From a virus: a DNA stretch of 64,000 nt. The DNA is taken from IMG/VR virus record IMGVR_UViG_3300025383_000015, positions 36,325-100,324 of that record. One strand, 5' to 3'. Shown in pieces: positions 54,638-64,000 of this stretch. Numbering within the stretch: the first letter of the stretch is position 1; each line of letters opens with the position of its first letter. The notes beneath the pieces are model-generated. The model searched no databases. It had not been told where the DNA came from and saw nothing but the letters and a program-made list of their open reading frames with translations. The translations under genes and the position numbers were made by a program.

Positions 54638-55642
54638 ATGAACTTGGTACAAAAGTCTATTTCTCAGGGCGGAAAACTGGCCCCAATTATCATCCCCAAT
54701 TTTTTGAGCAATGGTTTGGGCCTTATGAACCCATCTGTCTATATCGACGATGATGGAGACATCTTGGTCAACCTTCGCCAGGTGAACTATACTCTCTATA
54801 TCTCTGAAAATGATAAAAGATTCTTTAGTCCTTGGGGTCCTTTAACCTACCTTCATCCAGAAAAAGACCAACGTCTAGTCACTAATAACTTCCTCTGCCG
54901 TCTTGATAAAGACTATAACGTCATCAACTACACCAAGGTAGAGATGCTCAATCTTCATACTCCTATCTGGGAGTTTGTTGGCCTTGAAGATGCTCGCGTT
55001 GTTCAGTGGGATGGCGATTACTACATGATCGGTGTTCGTCGTGATACCACAACCAACGGCCAAGGTCGCATGGAATACAGTAAGGTAGAAATTGACAAAG
55101 AGAATTGGACTGTCAAAGAAGTTCAACGAGTTCGAGTACCTGCCCCACTACATGATGACACTTCGTACTGTGAAAAAAACTGGATGCCTATCCTAGATAA
55201 CCCTTATCACTTTGTTAAGTGGGCTATGCCTACCGAGGTAGTTTGGGCAAATCCTAATTCTCCTGAGTGTAAGCAGACCGTAATTAACGACAATGTTCCA
55301 CGGCCTCCAATTGATCAACGAGGAGGATCTCACGTTGTTTCTTGGGGCGATTACTACATCTGCATTACCCACGAGGTCAAACTCTGGAGAAATTACCTAA
55401 ACCAAAAAGACTCAACTTACCGCCATAGGTTGATTGTTTGGGACAAAGAGTTTAACTTTGTTGGTTTAAGCAAAGAGTTTGCTTTTATGAGCACTCCTAT
55501 TGAGTTCTGTGTTGGAGCCGCCATCATAAACGACAATCTATTGGTAAGTTTTGGCGTTCAAGATAACTCAGCATTTGTGTTAGAAGTTCCACACGCAATT
55601 GTAGATGAAATGATTGAAGAGGCAAAAACATATGTCAATTAA
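54638..55642 (+). CDS. Beta-propeller glycoside hydrolase/phosphorylase-like protein (GH130/GH43-like)
   Basis: MNPSV, GLEDAR, EKNWMP, RGGS, IEFCVG, SFGVQD. Confidence 0.7.
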   Translation: MNLVQKSISQGGKLAPIIIPNFLSNGLGLMNPSVYIDDDGDILVNLRQVNYTLYISENDKRFFSPWGPLTYLHPEKDQRLVTNNFLCRLDKDYNVINYTKVEMLNLHTPIWEFVGLEDARVVQWDGDYYMIGVRRDTTTNGQGRMEYSKVEIDKENWTVKEVQRVRVPAPLHDDTSYCEKNWMPILDNPYHFVKWAMPTEVVWANPNSPECKQTVINDNVPRPPIDQRGGSHVVSWGDYYICITHEVKLWRNYLNQKDSTYRHRLIVWDKEFNFVGLSKEFAFMSTPIEFCVGAAIINDNLLVSFGVQDNSAFVLEVPHAIVDEMIEEAKTYVN

Positions 55643-56192
55643 CAAGTTAGCAACAGACGTTGCATTTGACTCTTTTAATCCTGAGAAGAACTTTGCTCTT
55701 GCTAACGCATACTATGATGCAGGTCAGTATGCCTCTGCTGCTGGGTTCTATCTACGTGCTGCAGATAGAGGGTACAAGACTCATCCTATAATTGCGTATT
55801 CTTCTCTTCTACGAATGTCTTTGTGCTTCAGTAAGCAGGAAGACAGAAATGCCACCGTCTATCAAAACACCTTGCAGGCTTTGACATTGATACCTGGTAG
55901 ACCAGAGGCATATTTCCTCTTAGCACGCATTCATGAGCGAAATAAAGAATGGCAAAAAGCCTACACGTTTGCAGAACTTGGGCTTGCACACACAATTGCT
56001 ACCTTCAATCAGCCTCTACCTGTGTATGTAGAGTACAACGGACCATATGTGCTAATGTTTGAAAAGGCTGTTGCAGGTTGGTGGTTGGGGCGCAAAGAAG
56101 AAAGCAAAGAACTATTCAACCACCTTTTAGATAACGTAGAAATGTCACAAGAGTACGTAAGCGGATGTATCAATAACTTAAGGTTGTTCTAA
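55632..56192 (+). CDS. TPR-repeat protein
   Basis: NFALANAYY...A..FY, PGRPEAYFLLARI; start reassigned to MSINK. Confidence 0.72.
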   Translation: MSINKLATDVAFDSFNPEKNFALANAYYDAGQYASAAGFYLRAADRGYKTHPIIAYSSLLRMSLCFSKQEDRNATVYQNTLQALTLIPGRPEAYFLLARIHERNKEWQKAYTFAELGLAHTIATFNQPLPVYVEYNGPYVLMFEKAVAGWWLGRKEESKELFNHLLDNVEMSQEYVSGCINNLRLF

Positions 56193-56728
56193 TGTTTCCT
56201 AATTGGTTTCAATATACCTCACCATTTTTTGATCGTAAATGTCCTGACGTTCCTTTAAGAGCGTTGCAGATTGGCACTTACACAGGAGACGCCACTGAAT
56301 GGTTGCTTATCAACCGTAATATCATTACTATTGATGATGTGGATACTTGGGCTGGAAGTGAAGAAGACCAGCATGATTCTTTAGACTTTTCGTCAGTTGA
56401 GCAATACTACGATTCTCGATTTAAAAACCAATCCAAAGTCATTAAAAACAAAATGACTAGTGATGAGTTTTTTAATCAAAACACAAAAACATTTAATTTT
56501 ATTTATATTGATGGTAGCCATACCGCTTTACAAACCGCACTTGATGGTCTAAATGCATTTAAAGTCTTAGAGCCAGGTGGGGTTATGGCGTTTGATGACT
56601 ACGAATGGCGTGAGGGTGGAAAGCCTTTTCTAGAGCCAAAAAGAGGAATTGATGCGTTTCTTTCTATCTGTGAGGGAGAGATTCAGATCCTAGAAACTGG
56701 ATATCAAATCTGGGTAACCAAATGCTAG
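56192..56728 (+). CDS. Class I SAM-dependent methyltransferase (Methyltransf_24-like)
   Basis: LQIGTYTG, VDTW, FIYIDGSH, LEPGGVMAFDDY. Confidence 0.85.
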   Translation: MFPNWFQYTSPFFDRKCPDVPLRALQIGTYTGDATEWLLINRNIITIDDVDTWAGSEEDQHDSLDFSSVEQYYDSRFKNQSKVIKNKMTSDEFFNQNTKTFNFIYIDGSHTALQTALDGLNAFKVLEPGGVMAFDDYEWREGGKPFLEPKRGIDAFLSICEGEIQILETGYQIWVTKC

Positions 56729-57456
56729 AAAATGCATGCTTTGAGGTATTCCACACAGATACGGGTAACCCACTTCGCAACAAATCTTATGAGTCAATCC
56801 TTAAGCAAATGTCATTTTTGCCTAGGCTTGGTTCTCTGACTATGTACCTAAATACTGCTGATAAGGTAGAAAACTTTGTCAACCTTCATCCAGAATTTAA
56901 AGTTAATACAGTAGAAGACTACTGCCAGCCAGGAGAAACCTTTCCTCCTAGTGCAGGAGTTGTAGGCGTTTGGGCAAGTAACTACATGGCTTACAAAAAG
57001 TTCTTACAGTCCGATTACGACACACTTATCTTTTTTGAGGATGACATTACTATCAGTAAAAACTTTCAACTAGTTATTGAGATGTACATGCGTCAACTTC
57101 CCGTTGATTGGGATTTCTTTTCTTTCTTTGTTCCTGATGATTCCCTGTTTGCGTACAACGAAGACCAGCACACTATTGGGGCGGAAAACGTTTGTATTTC
57201 GTATCAGCAGTGGTCATGTGCTGGCTACATGGTAAGCCGAGAAGGTGCACGAAAGGCTGTAGAGGACGTAGAGTCACGAGGAATTAACTGCCCAGTAGAT
57301 TGGTACATCTTTAACTTTCGAATGAAAAAAGAAGATAACCAAAAGACGTTCTATACCTACACACTTAAGCCAGGAAACTATCGCCCAGTAAACTTTCTAA
57401 AAGGCGCAGCAGAATACACACAGATTCATAACGGAACTACAGAACTACTAAACTAG
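56722..57456 (+). CDS. Glycosyltransferase, GT25-like
   Basis: GVVGVWASN, IFFEDD, LPVDWD, AGYMVSREGARK, PVDW. Confidence 0.75.
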   Translation: MLENACFEVFHTDTGNPLRNKSYESILKQMSFLPRLGSLTMYLNTADKVENFVNLHPEFKVNTVEDYCQPGETFPPSAGVVGVWASNYMAYKKFLQSDYDTLIFFEDDITISKNFQLVIEMYMRQLPVDWDFFSFFVPDDSLFAYNEDQHTIGAENVCISYQQWSCAGYMVSREGARKAVEDVESRGINCPVDWYIFNFRMKKEDNQKTFYTYTLKPGNYRPVNFLKGAAEYTQIHNGTTELLN

Positions 57457-60372
57457 TTACATTCCACCAAAAAGCAACGCTGTAACTGTTGGATCTGCTG
57501 AGACTTGTCCCATAACACCCTGCACACCCTGTGTTCCTTGGGTGCCCTGAACGCCCTGCGTACCCTGCGTACCCTGTACACCTTGCGTACCTTGAAGTCC
57601 TTGCGTGCCTTGAATAGATAGGCTCTGTACGCCTTGAGTACCCTGAACCCCCTGTGTACCCTGCGTACCTTGAAGTCCTTGAGTTCCTTGGATAGACAGG
57701 CTTTGTACACCCTGTGTTCCTTGAGCACCAGTCGTACCCTGTACACCTTGAGAACCTAACGTTCCTTGTGCACCTGTATTACCTTGAATACCAATTGCAC
57801 CATCAAGGTTAACGGTCCATGATGTAAAGGTTCCAGAACCTAGGCTGCGGGTGACGTTGACTGTCAATGAGCCTGTGCCAGAGTTATACGCAGTAACATC
57901 TCCGTAGATGATGTTAGAGATAGTGTTGGCAATAATTACTGACTGACCTACTGAGTAAGAAAGGTTAGTTGCAACTGTAAGACTTTGAGAACCAGACGCT
58001 GGAAGAGTAATCGAAGTTATAGAAGATGTTTGGTACTTATCTCCTGCTGTTCCTTGTGAACCAAATGTTCCTTGAAGACCTTGAGTACCCTGTGTTCCTT
58101 GGGCGCCTTGCGCACCAGTAGTGCCTTGAACGCCCTGCACACCCTGCGTGCCTTGTAAACCTTGTGTTCCTTGGATAGAAGGACTTTGCACACCCTGAAT
58201 ACCTTGAACGCCCTGGACACCCTGTGTGCCCTGTACGCCTTGTAGACCCTGTGTACCTTGAATAGATGGACTCTGTACACCTTGAATACCCTGAACACCC
58301 TGTACGCCTTGTACGCCCTGAGTTCCTTGAGATCCCTGCACACCTTGAGAACCAGTAGTTCCCTGAGAACCTTGAACTCCCTGCGTACCTTGCGCTCCAG
58401 TTGCACCAGTAAATCCTTGTGCACCAAGTGTTCCTTGGGCACCCTGCGCACCTAGCGTGCCTTGGACACCCTGTGTGCCTTGCAAACCTTGAACACCTTG
58501 GGCACCAGTTGCTCCTTGGCTACCAAGAGTTCCCTGAACACCCTGTACGCCTTGTACACCTTGTGTTCCTTGAACGCCCTGAGTGCCTTGGACGCCTTGG
58601 ACTCCTTGGACTCCTTGAACGCCCTGTGTACCTTGGATACCTTGGTAGTTAACTTGAGTGACGCGAACAAACGCTCCAGCAGACGCAGGAACTGGAGATG
58701 CTGCTGCTGCATAATTTAAATATACGCTCGTGGAATCTGCGTTCCAGTAAACTTCGTAGTAATCGCCAGCAGTTGCATTAACTTGCCACACCCAGTTAGT
58801 CAATGTTGGGTTGGTGTTAGTTACCTCAGAGTCAAAGGCTGTAGATGCTGCAGTGGCACCGTTCTTAACTAACCAAAAGTTTGCTGTGTGATTTCCTGGG
58901 CCAGTTAACGCAAGTTGACCAGCAAAGTCAATCATGTATGTGCCAGTTACAGGCATTGTTACACGAGTAAGGTGCGTTCCATTCGTAACAAGAGTTACAC
59001 CGTTATTGATATTGGTAGTGTCAAAAATAACTGCTGCTCCGCCAGTTGTGGCGCTTTGATCTGCAGTTGAGTAAAAAGAACCATAGTTAGAGATAACGCC
59101 ACCAGCACCAGTGGCACCAGTTGCTCCTTGTGCACCTACACCAGATGTTTGGGCAAAAACAATGCTATCTGTACCAATACGGATTGAACCATCTGAGTTT
59201 GATCCATTACCAATTTCAATCCATACAGTTTGTCCATATGTATTTCCATCAGTTACAAAGATGTAGTCGCCCTCTTCAACCTGACCAACAACATGGTTGT
59301 CATAGTCAGTGGCGCGGGTAATCTTCCAAGGTCTACCACCAGGGTTGTTCTTACCAGTATCAGTTACTGTGTAAACACCATTTTGCTTTTGGTCAGCCTG
59401 ACCTGCAATGAGGAGACGGTCACCAACAGCCAGATTTGGTGTTGTGTACCCGTCTACAGAAAGTACGGCGTTAGTTCCAGCCTGAATGTAAGCGCCTACA
59501 CCAGTTCCATTTTCGGCATCAGCAGATCCAGCATAGTATGTACAAGAGTTATCAAGGGGCGTTGTTTGAATTGCCTCTACAGATTGGTGAGCATTCTGTG
59601 AAGATACAGGTCCTACAGCACCTTGAATACCTTGTGTTCCCTGAACACCTTGCGTGCCCTGAACACCTTGTGTTCCCTGTACACCTTGAAGACCTTGTAC
59701 GCCTTGAAGACCCTGTACACCTTGTGCTCCTGTTGAACCAACCGTTCCTTGCACACCTTGTGTGCCTTGGGTTCCTTGTGCTCCTTGAGCACCGAGCGTT
59801 CCTTGTGAACCAGCGGTTCCTTGCGTACCCTGTAAACCTTGTACGCCTTGAACTCCTTGGACACCCTGAGTTCCTTGCGCTCCCTGAGCACCAAGTGTTC
59901 CCTGGACACCCTGAGTTCCTTGGGTACCTTGAACGCCTTGTGCACCATTATAGCCTTGAGTACCAAATACGCCTTGAGTACCCTGAACTCCCTGTGTACC
60001 TTGAATAGCAGTTCCTTGTGTACCCTGGGTACCTTGAACTGTAGGAACATCTACATCAATTGTCTTGTTTGTAGAGTGGTAAGTAAACGAAATGTTGGTT
60101 TGTGTTCCGCTTGTTATGGCGTTATACACATGTTCAGGAGTTGAATATAGATTTTGAACACCTTCTGGAAGATCGTCAGTAGACCCTAAAGCCGCCCCTG
60201 AAATAGCGGTAGAGACTTCCTCAGCAGATACACCAGAATCATTCCAGTTAGTTCCATCAAAAATACGAATCTTTTTAAAGACCGTGTTGTAGTAAGTGTC
60301 TCCAGCAGAATGGCCCGTAGGGTCGCTTGTTAGGTGCAAAAGACCTAGCGGTACGACGTAACTACGGGCCAT
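57457..60372 (-). CDS. Collagen-like fibre protein with C1q/BclA-CTD-like and other globular domains
   Basis: Several long G-T/V-Q tracts; [16 protein letters not shown] fibre domain; YGSFYS...GTYMID...AGDYYEV; ends ALLFGGM. Confidence 0.82.
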   Translation of the reverse strand: MARSYVVPLGLLHLTSDPTGHSAGDTYYNTVFKKIRIFDGTNWNDSGVSAEEVSTAISGAALGSTDDLPEGVQNLYSTPEHVYNAITSGTQTNISFTYHSTNKTIDVDVPTVQGTQGTQGTAIQGTQGVQGTQGVFGTQGYNGAQGVQGTQGTQGVQGTLGAQGAQGTQGVQGVQGVQGLQGTQGTAGSQGTLGAQGAQGTQGTQGVQGTVGSTGAQGVQGLQGVQGLQGVQGTQGVQGTQGVQGTQGIQGAVGPVSSQNAHQSVEAIQTTPLDNSCTYYAGSADAENGTGVGAYIQAGTNAVLSVDGYTTPNLAVGDRLLIAGQADQKQNGVYTVTDTGKNNPGGRPWKITRATDYDNHVVGQVEEGDYIFVTDGNTYGQTVWIEIGNGSNSDGSIRIGTDSIVFAQTSGVGAQGATGATGAGGVISNYGSFYSTADQSATTGGAAVIFDTTNINNGVTLVTNGTHLTRVTMPVTGTYMIDFAGQLALTGPGNHTANFWLVKNGATAASTAFDSEVTNTNPTLTNWVWQVNATAGDYYEVYWNADSTSVYLNYAAAASPVPASAGAFVRVTQVNYQGIQGTQGVQGVQGVQGVQGTQGVQGTQGVQGVQGVQGTLGSQGATGAQGVQGLQGTQGVQGTLGAQGAQGTLGAQGFTGATGAQGTQGVQGSQGTTGSQGVQGSQGTQGVQGVQGVQGIQGVQSPSIQGTQGLQGVQGTQGVQGVQGIQGVQSPSIQGTQGLQGTQGVQGVQGTTGAQGAQGTQGTQGLQGTFGSQGTAGDKYQTSSITSITLPASGSQSLTVATNLSYSVGQSVIIANTISNIIYGDVTAYNSGTGSLTVNVTRSLGSGTFTSWTVNLDGAIGIQGNTGAQGTLGSQGVQGTTGAQGTQGVQSLSIQGTQGLQGTQGTQGVQGTQGVQSLSIQGTQGLQGTQGVQGTQGTQGVQGTQGTQGVQGVMGQVSADPTVTALLFGGM

Positions 60373-60423
60373 CTGTAAAACTCCTCACTTAGTACTGAAA
60401 TATTGCCTTACGTAAAGTGAGTA

Positions 60424-63156
60424 TTATGCCTTTACTACTACTCGGTAAGACTTAGATGTAACTGGTGCAACTGCAAATCCTACAGTTACTGATGATGTAG
60501 TTACATACGCTACGTCTGTAACAACTTCCATCTTGGTCGCTGTATCCCAGACTGTAACCATGATGTCTTCAGTTCCAAGGTTGTGGTTGATTGTGAACTG
60601 TGTAGTTCCAGTCATTCCACCATCGGTTGAATCACCTGTAATTGTTTCTGCGTAAGTTCCAAGTTGACCAGATGTACCTTGGATACCTTGGATACCGTCA
60701 AGACCTTGTACACCTTGTGTTCCCTGGGTACCTTGGGCACCAGTGGTTCCCTGTACACCAGTCGCACCGTCAAGGTTTACTGACCAGGACCCACCAGTAC
60801 CTCCGCCAATGTAATCCTTAATATCAACGTTAAGTTCATTTGTTCCGCTGTTATAAGAAACTACTCTAGCGTGGATAAGATTTGCAGTATCAGCAGCAAT
60901 AACTACATCTTGACCAACTGAGTAAGAAAGATTTGCATCATCAAGTACGAATGTGTGGTTTGAGTCAGAACCCAAAGTGTAAGAAGTTGTAGAGGTTGTG
61001 CGGTAACGGTCAGAGTGTCCATCAGTTCCTTGGGCGCCATCTACACCTTGTGTACCTTGAACTCCTTGAGTTCCATCGGTACCTTGGGTGCCTTGCGTTC
61101 CATCAGTTCCCTGTGTGCCTTGTGTGCCATCGGTACCTTGGGTTCCCTGTGTTCCTTGTGTGCCCTGCGTACCATCGGTACCCTGTGTACCGTGAGTACC
61201 TTGTGTACCCTGAGTTCCTTGTGTACCCTGGGTACCATCAGTTCCCTGTGTACCATCTGTGCCTTGGGTTCCTTGTTGACCATCTACACCTTGGGTACCT
61301 TGGGTACCTTGTGAACCTACAGTACCTTGTGCACCTTGTGTGCCATCAGTTCCTTGAGTTCCTTGGGTTCCTTGTGTGCCCTGTGCACCTTGGGTACCAT
61401 CTACACCTTGAGTGCCTTGTACGCCTTGTGTACCTTGGGTACCTTGAGCACCAGTTGTTCCTTGAACACCAGTTGCACCATCAAGGTTGATTGTCCAAGT
61501 TGAGTAATCTCCAGTACCTGTGTAATCCTTAACGATTACTGCGAGGTTTTCCCCATCAAAACTTGCGACTGTTGCGTGGATAAGGTTGCTGGAATCGTAG
61601 GCAATAACAACATCTTGTCCAACAGAGTAGGCTAGATCTCCATCGTTAACAGCAAAGACTGGTGTTGTTGAAGAACCTAGTACAAAGTCTGTGCTAGAAG
61701 TTGTCTTATAGCGATCAGAGTGTCCATCAGTACCCTGTGCACCAGTTGTACCTTGCTGACCGTCAACACCCTGAGTACCTTGTGTACCTTGTTGACCTTC
61801 TGTACCTTGAGCACCTTGTGTACCGTCAGTTCCTTGCGTACCCTGTGTACCCTGTGTACCCTGTGTGCCTTGGGTTCCATCGGTTCCTTGGGTACCTTGG
61901 GTACCTTGAGCACCGTCAACACCTTGGGTTCCCTGTTGTCCATCGGTTCCTTGTGTACCGTCTACACCTTGTGCAGCAAGAAGTGCCCAGAAGCCAGAGC
62001 CATAAGGTTGTTCTGCTTGGTTATCTGCTGTAGCGATGTATGAAGAGCCGTTGTATTGAACTACATCATTGACATTGTATAGAGGCGCTGAATCCCATGT
62101 ACCTTGCCATGTAAATGAGGTACCTGTTGTACCTTGGGTTCCATCAGTACCTTGGGTTCCCTGAGTACCTTGTTGTCCATCGGTACCCTGTGTTCCTTGT
62201 TGGCCGTCTGTACCTTGCGTTCCTTGAGTACCATCAGTACCTTGTGTGCCCTGGGTACCTTGAGAGCCAGTTGTACCTTGTACACCTGTTGCTCCATCAA
62301 GGTTAATTGTCCATGAAGAGTAGTTTCCAGAACCAACAATGGTATGAATATTTATTTGGATGTAATCAGATGGCACTGTCTCGTAGTAAGCAACAGTTCC
62401 AGTCATGTAATTATTAATGTCGTAAGCAACAACGACATCTTGACCTACTGAGTAAGAAAGATTTTCGTCATTTACATAGAAGACTACGCCATCTGCTACT
62501 GCAATATCATTTGCGGTATTAGAGGTTGTCTTATAGCGGTCAGAGTGACCGTCTGTACCTTGAGCACCATCGGTACCTTGTGTACCCTGTGCGCCATCAG
62601 TACCCTGAGTTCCTTGGGTACCATCTGTGCCTTGAGTTCCTTGTGTGCCATCGGTTCCCTGAGTTCCTTGCTGACCGTCTGTGCCTTGAGTACCTTGGGT
62701 GCCATCAGTTCCTTGGGTACCCTGAGTACCATCAGTTCCCTGTGTTCCCTGGGTACCGTCTGTTCCCTGTGTACCTTGGGTACCATCGGTGCCCTGTGTA
62801 CCCTGTGTGCCGTCAGTACCTTGTGTGCCCTGAGTTCCCTGTGTTCCCTGAGTGCCTTGAGTTCCGTGGGTTCCCTGAGTTCCCTGTGTACCTTGAGCAC
62901 CATCAGCACCTACATAACCTGCGGTTCCTTGTGTACCTTGAACACCATCAGTACCTTGTGTGCCTTGTGTACCTTGAGGACCAAATGCAATCCACGCAGT
63001 TCCATTCCATTGCTTAATGTACTTGTCGGTTGTGTCATAGTAAATCTGACCTTCGACAGGGTTTGTTGGTTGGCTGGCAGTTGAAAGGTTTTGAATGCGA
63101 GCATTCTGAAGTTCAAGTTTTCCAAGGTCTATTGGAGTCAAAAATTTTCTTGCCAT
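60424..63156 (-). CDS. Collagen-like fibre protein with three repeated globular inserts
   Basis: GTQ/GTD repeats; three SDRY.TTS...YSVGQ...W..NLDGATG domains; WQGTWD...[14 protein letters not shown]; C-terminal HNLG domain. Confidence 0.85.
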   Translation of the reverse strand: MARKFLTPIDLGKLELQNARIQNLSTASQPTNPVEGQIYYDTTDKYIKQWNGTAWIAFGPQGTQGTQGTDGVQGTQGTAGYVGADGAQGTQGTQGTHGTQGTQGTQGTQGTQGTDGTQGTQGTDGTQGTQGTDGTQGTQGTDGTQGTQGTDGTQGTQGTDGQQGTQGTDGTQGTQGTDGTQGTQGTDGAQGTQGTDGAQGTDGHSDRYKTTSNTANDIAVADGVVFYVNDENLSYSVGQDVVVAYDINNYMTGTVAYYETVPSDYIQINIHTIVGSGNYSSWTINLDGATGVQGTTGSQGTQGTQGTDGTQGTQGTDGQQGTQGTDGQQGTQGTQGTDGTQGTTGTSFTWQGTWDSAPLYNVNDVVQYNGSSYIATADNQAEQPYGSGFWALLAAQGVDGTQGTDGQQGTQGVDGAQGTQGTQGTDGTQGTQGTQGTQGTQGTDGTQGAQGTEGQQGTQGTQGVDGQQGTTGAQGTDGHSDRYKTTSSTDFVLGSSTTPVFAVNDGDLAYSVGQDVVIAYDSSNLIHATVASFDGENLAVIVKDYTGTGDYSTWTINLDGATGVQGTTGAQGTQGTQGVQGTQGVDGTQGAQGTQGTQGTQGTDGTQGAQGTVGSQGTQGTQGVDGQQGTQGTDGTQGTDGTQGTQGTQGTQGTHGTQGTDGTQGTQGTQGTQGTDGTQGTQGTDGTQGTQGTDGTQGVQGTQGVDGAQGTDGHSDRYRTTSTTSYTLGSDSNHTFVLDDANLSYSVGQDVVIAADTANLIHARVVSYNSGTNELNVDIKDYIGGGTGGSWSVNLDGATGVQGTTGAQGTQGTQGVQGLDGIQGIQGTSGQLGTYAETITGDSTDGGMTGTTQFTINHNLGTEDIMVTVWDTATKMEVVTDVAYVTTSSVTVGFAVAPVTSKSYRVVVKA

Positions 63157-63168
63157 TCGGTTATCTCC

Positions 63169-64000
63169 TTAAGATAAGTAGGCTTCGCCTGAAAACGCTG
63201 TTGCAAATGTGACTGTTAAGGAGTCCGAATTAGTGTATGTGATCTCGCCTTCGACTATATTACCAGCCGAATCTTGCACTGTAATGTTAGGGTAAAAATG
63301 CAAATTGTGGGTGATAACCCACGTACTATTTGCTACCCCTTGGGTGTGAACATATGCCACTCTTTGTGGAGTAAAGTATAGGTTTGTTACACCTTCAGAT
63401 AAGTCATCTGTAGTTCCTAGTGATGTTCCAGAGATACCTTGAGTACCAGGTTCTCCTTGGGCACCTTGTACACCCTGTGTTCCACTGCCTGTAGATCCCT
63501 GTACACCTTGGATACCTTGAGTACCACCAGCGCCTTGAGCACCAGTTGTTCCTTGTGTTCCTGATCCAGTGTGTCCTTGAAGACCTTGTGCGCCTTGTGT
63601 TCCAACAGAACCTTGAACACCTTGAGTACCTTGAGTACCAGCACCAGTTAAACCTTGTACACCCTGTACACCTTGTGTACCAGTGGCTCCCTGTGCACCA
63701 GTAGTTCCCTGAGTTCCTGACCCAGTAAGGCCTTGAGAACCCTGTACACCTTGAGGACCAACAATTGGACCTACATTTTCCCAAGAAGTAGAATTCCAAA
63801 CATAAAGATTAAGTCCAACAACATAAGCATCTCCTGGATTACCTGTTGGATGTGCTGCAATTAAGTCTGCTTCAGAAGCATAAGATCCAAGAATTGTTAC
63901 TGAAGTACCAGCAGGTCCTTGAACACCAAGTGTTCCTTGCGAACCTTGTAATCCTTGAGATCCTGATCCCTGAGTTCCTTGGGTACCTTGTGTACCGCGA
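63169..64000 (-). CDS. Collagen-like fibre protein, 5' end outside the window
   Basis: Open frame from 63999 to the stop at 63169: G-X-Q repeats, GDAYVVG..LYVW, TTDDLSEG..NLYFT, then the WVITHNL domain that the track lists separately. Confidence 0.85.
   Translation of the reverse strand, partial: RGTQGTQGTQGSGSQGLQGSQGTLGVQGPAGTSVTILGSYASEADLIAAHPTGNPGDAYVVGLNLYVWNSTSWENVGPIVGPQGVQGSQGLTGSGTQGTTGAQGATGTQGVQGVQGLTGAGTQGTQGVQGSVGTQGAQGLQGHTGSGTQGTTGAQGAGGTQGIQGVQGSTGSGTQGVQGAQGEPGTQGISGTSLGTTDDLSEGVTNLYFTPQRVAYVHTQGVANSTWVITHNLHFYPNITVQDSAGNIVEGEITYTNSDSLTVTFATAFSGEAYLS

Noticed and set aside
63169-63360. Stand-alone 63-aa gene in the ORF track
   Set aside because: The frame stays open to the window edge; this is the C-terminus of a longer collagen-like gene
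57457-64000. Highly repetitive DNA as a CRISPR array or satellite
   Set aside because: The period is 9 nt with wobble-position variation and no repeat-spacer structure; it is explained by G-X-Y coding
1-64000. Stop-codon reassignment, tRNA genes, introns/inteins, or a diversity-generating retroelement
   Set aside because: Genes are full length in the standard code with all three stops used; no cloverleaf, splicing element or reverse transcriptase was recognised

Overview
This 64 kb window is an internal segment of a large tailed dsDNA phage genome with a contractile tail (myovirus type). The host is probably an actinobacterium, inferred from WhiB and NrdH; low-GC freshwater Actinobacteria are plausible but unproven. 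Nearly all genes are on the minus strand. From left to right: NrdH and a class II ribonucleotide reductase (0-2.3 kb); a cluster of divergent nucleotide-handling genes (degenerate TGT/DpdA-like, degenerate HAD, Arr-like ADP-ribosyltransferase, Pol-beta-type nucleotidyltransferase) followed by many small orphans and SpoVS (2.4-11.5 kb); a full recombination/replication module with an iteron-bearing initiator gene (11.5-28 kb); baseplate, tape measure, tube, sheath and neck genes (28.6-44.7 kb); an array of nine Lys-rich microproteins headed by a purely acidic protein (44.8-46.8 kb); three repeated adaptor/glycine-rich/small-partner triads (49-54.5 kb); a plus-strand glycosylation island (54.6-57.5 kb); and long Pro-poor G-T-Q collagen-like fibre genes running off the right edge. 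No tRNA, rRNA, CRISPR array, integrase, recognisable large terminase or capsid gene was seen. The best candidates for undescribed biology are (i) the polycation microprotein array with its polyanion partner, (ii) an ART carrying a beta-clamp-type motif and sharing an N-terminal LSxx[EQ]F tag with nearby orphans, (iii) a modular, probably glycosylated collagen/polyglycine fibre system with a shared C-terminal hydrophobic tag, and (iv) a likely +1 programmed frameshift in the tail assembly chaperone. All family assignments are by motif recognition from memory; no database search was run.
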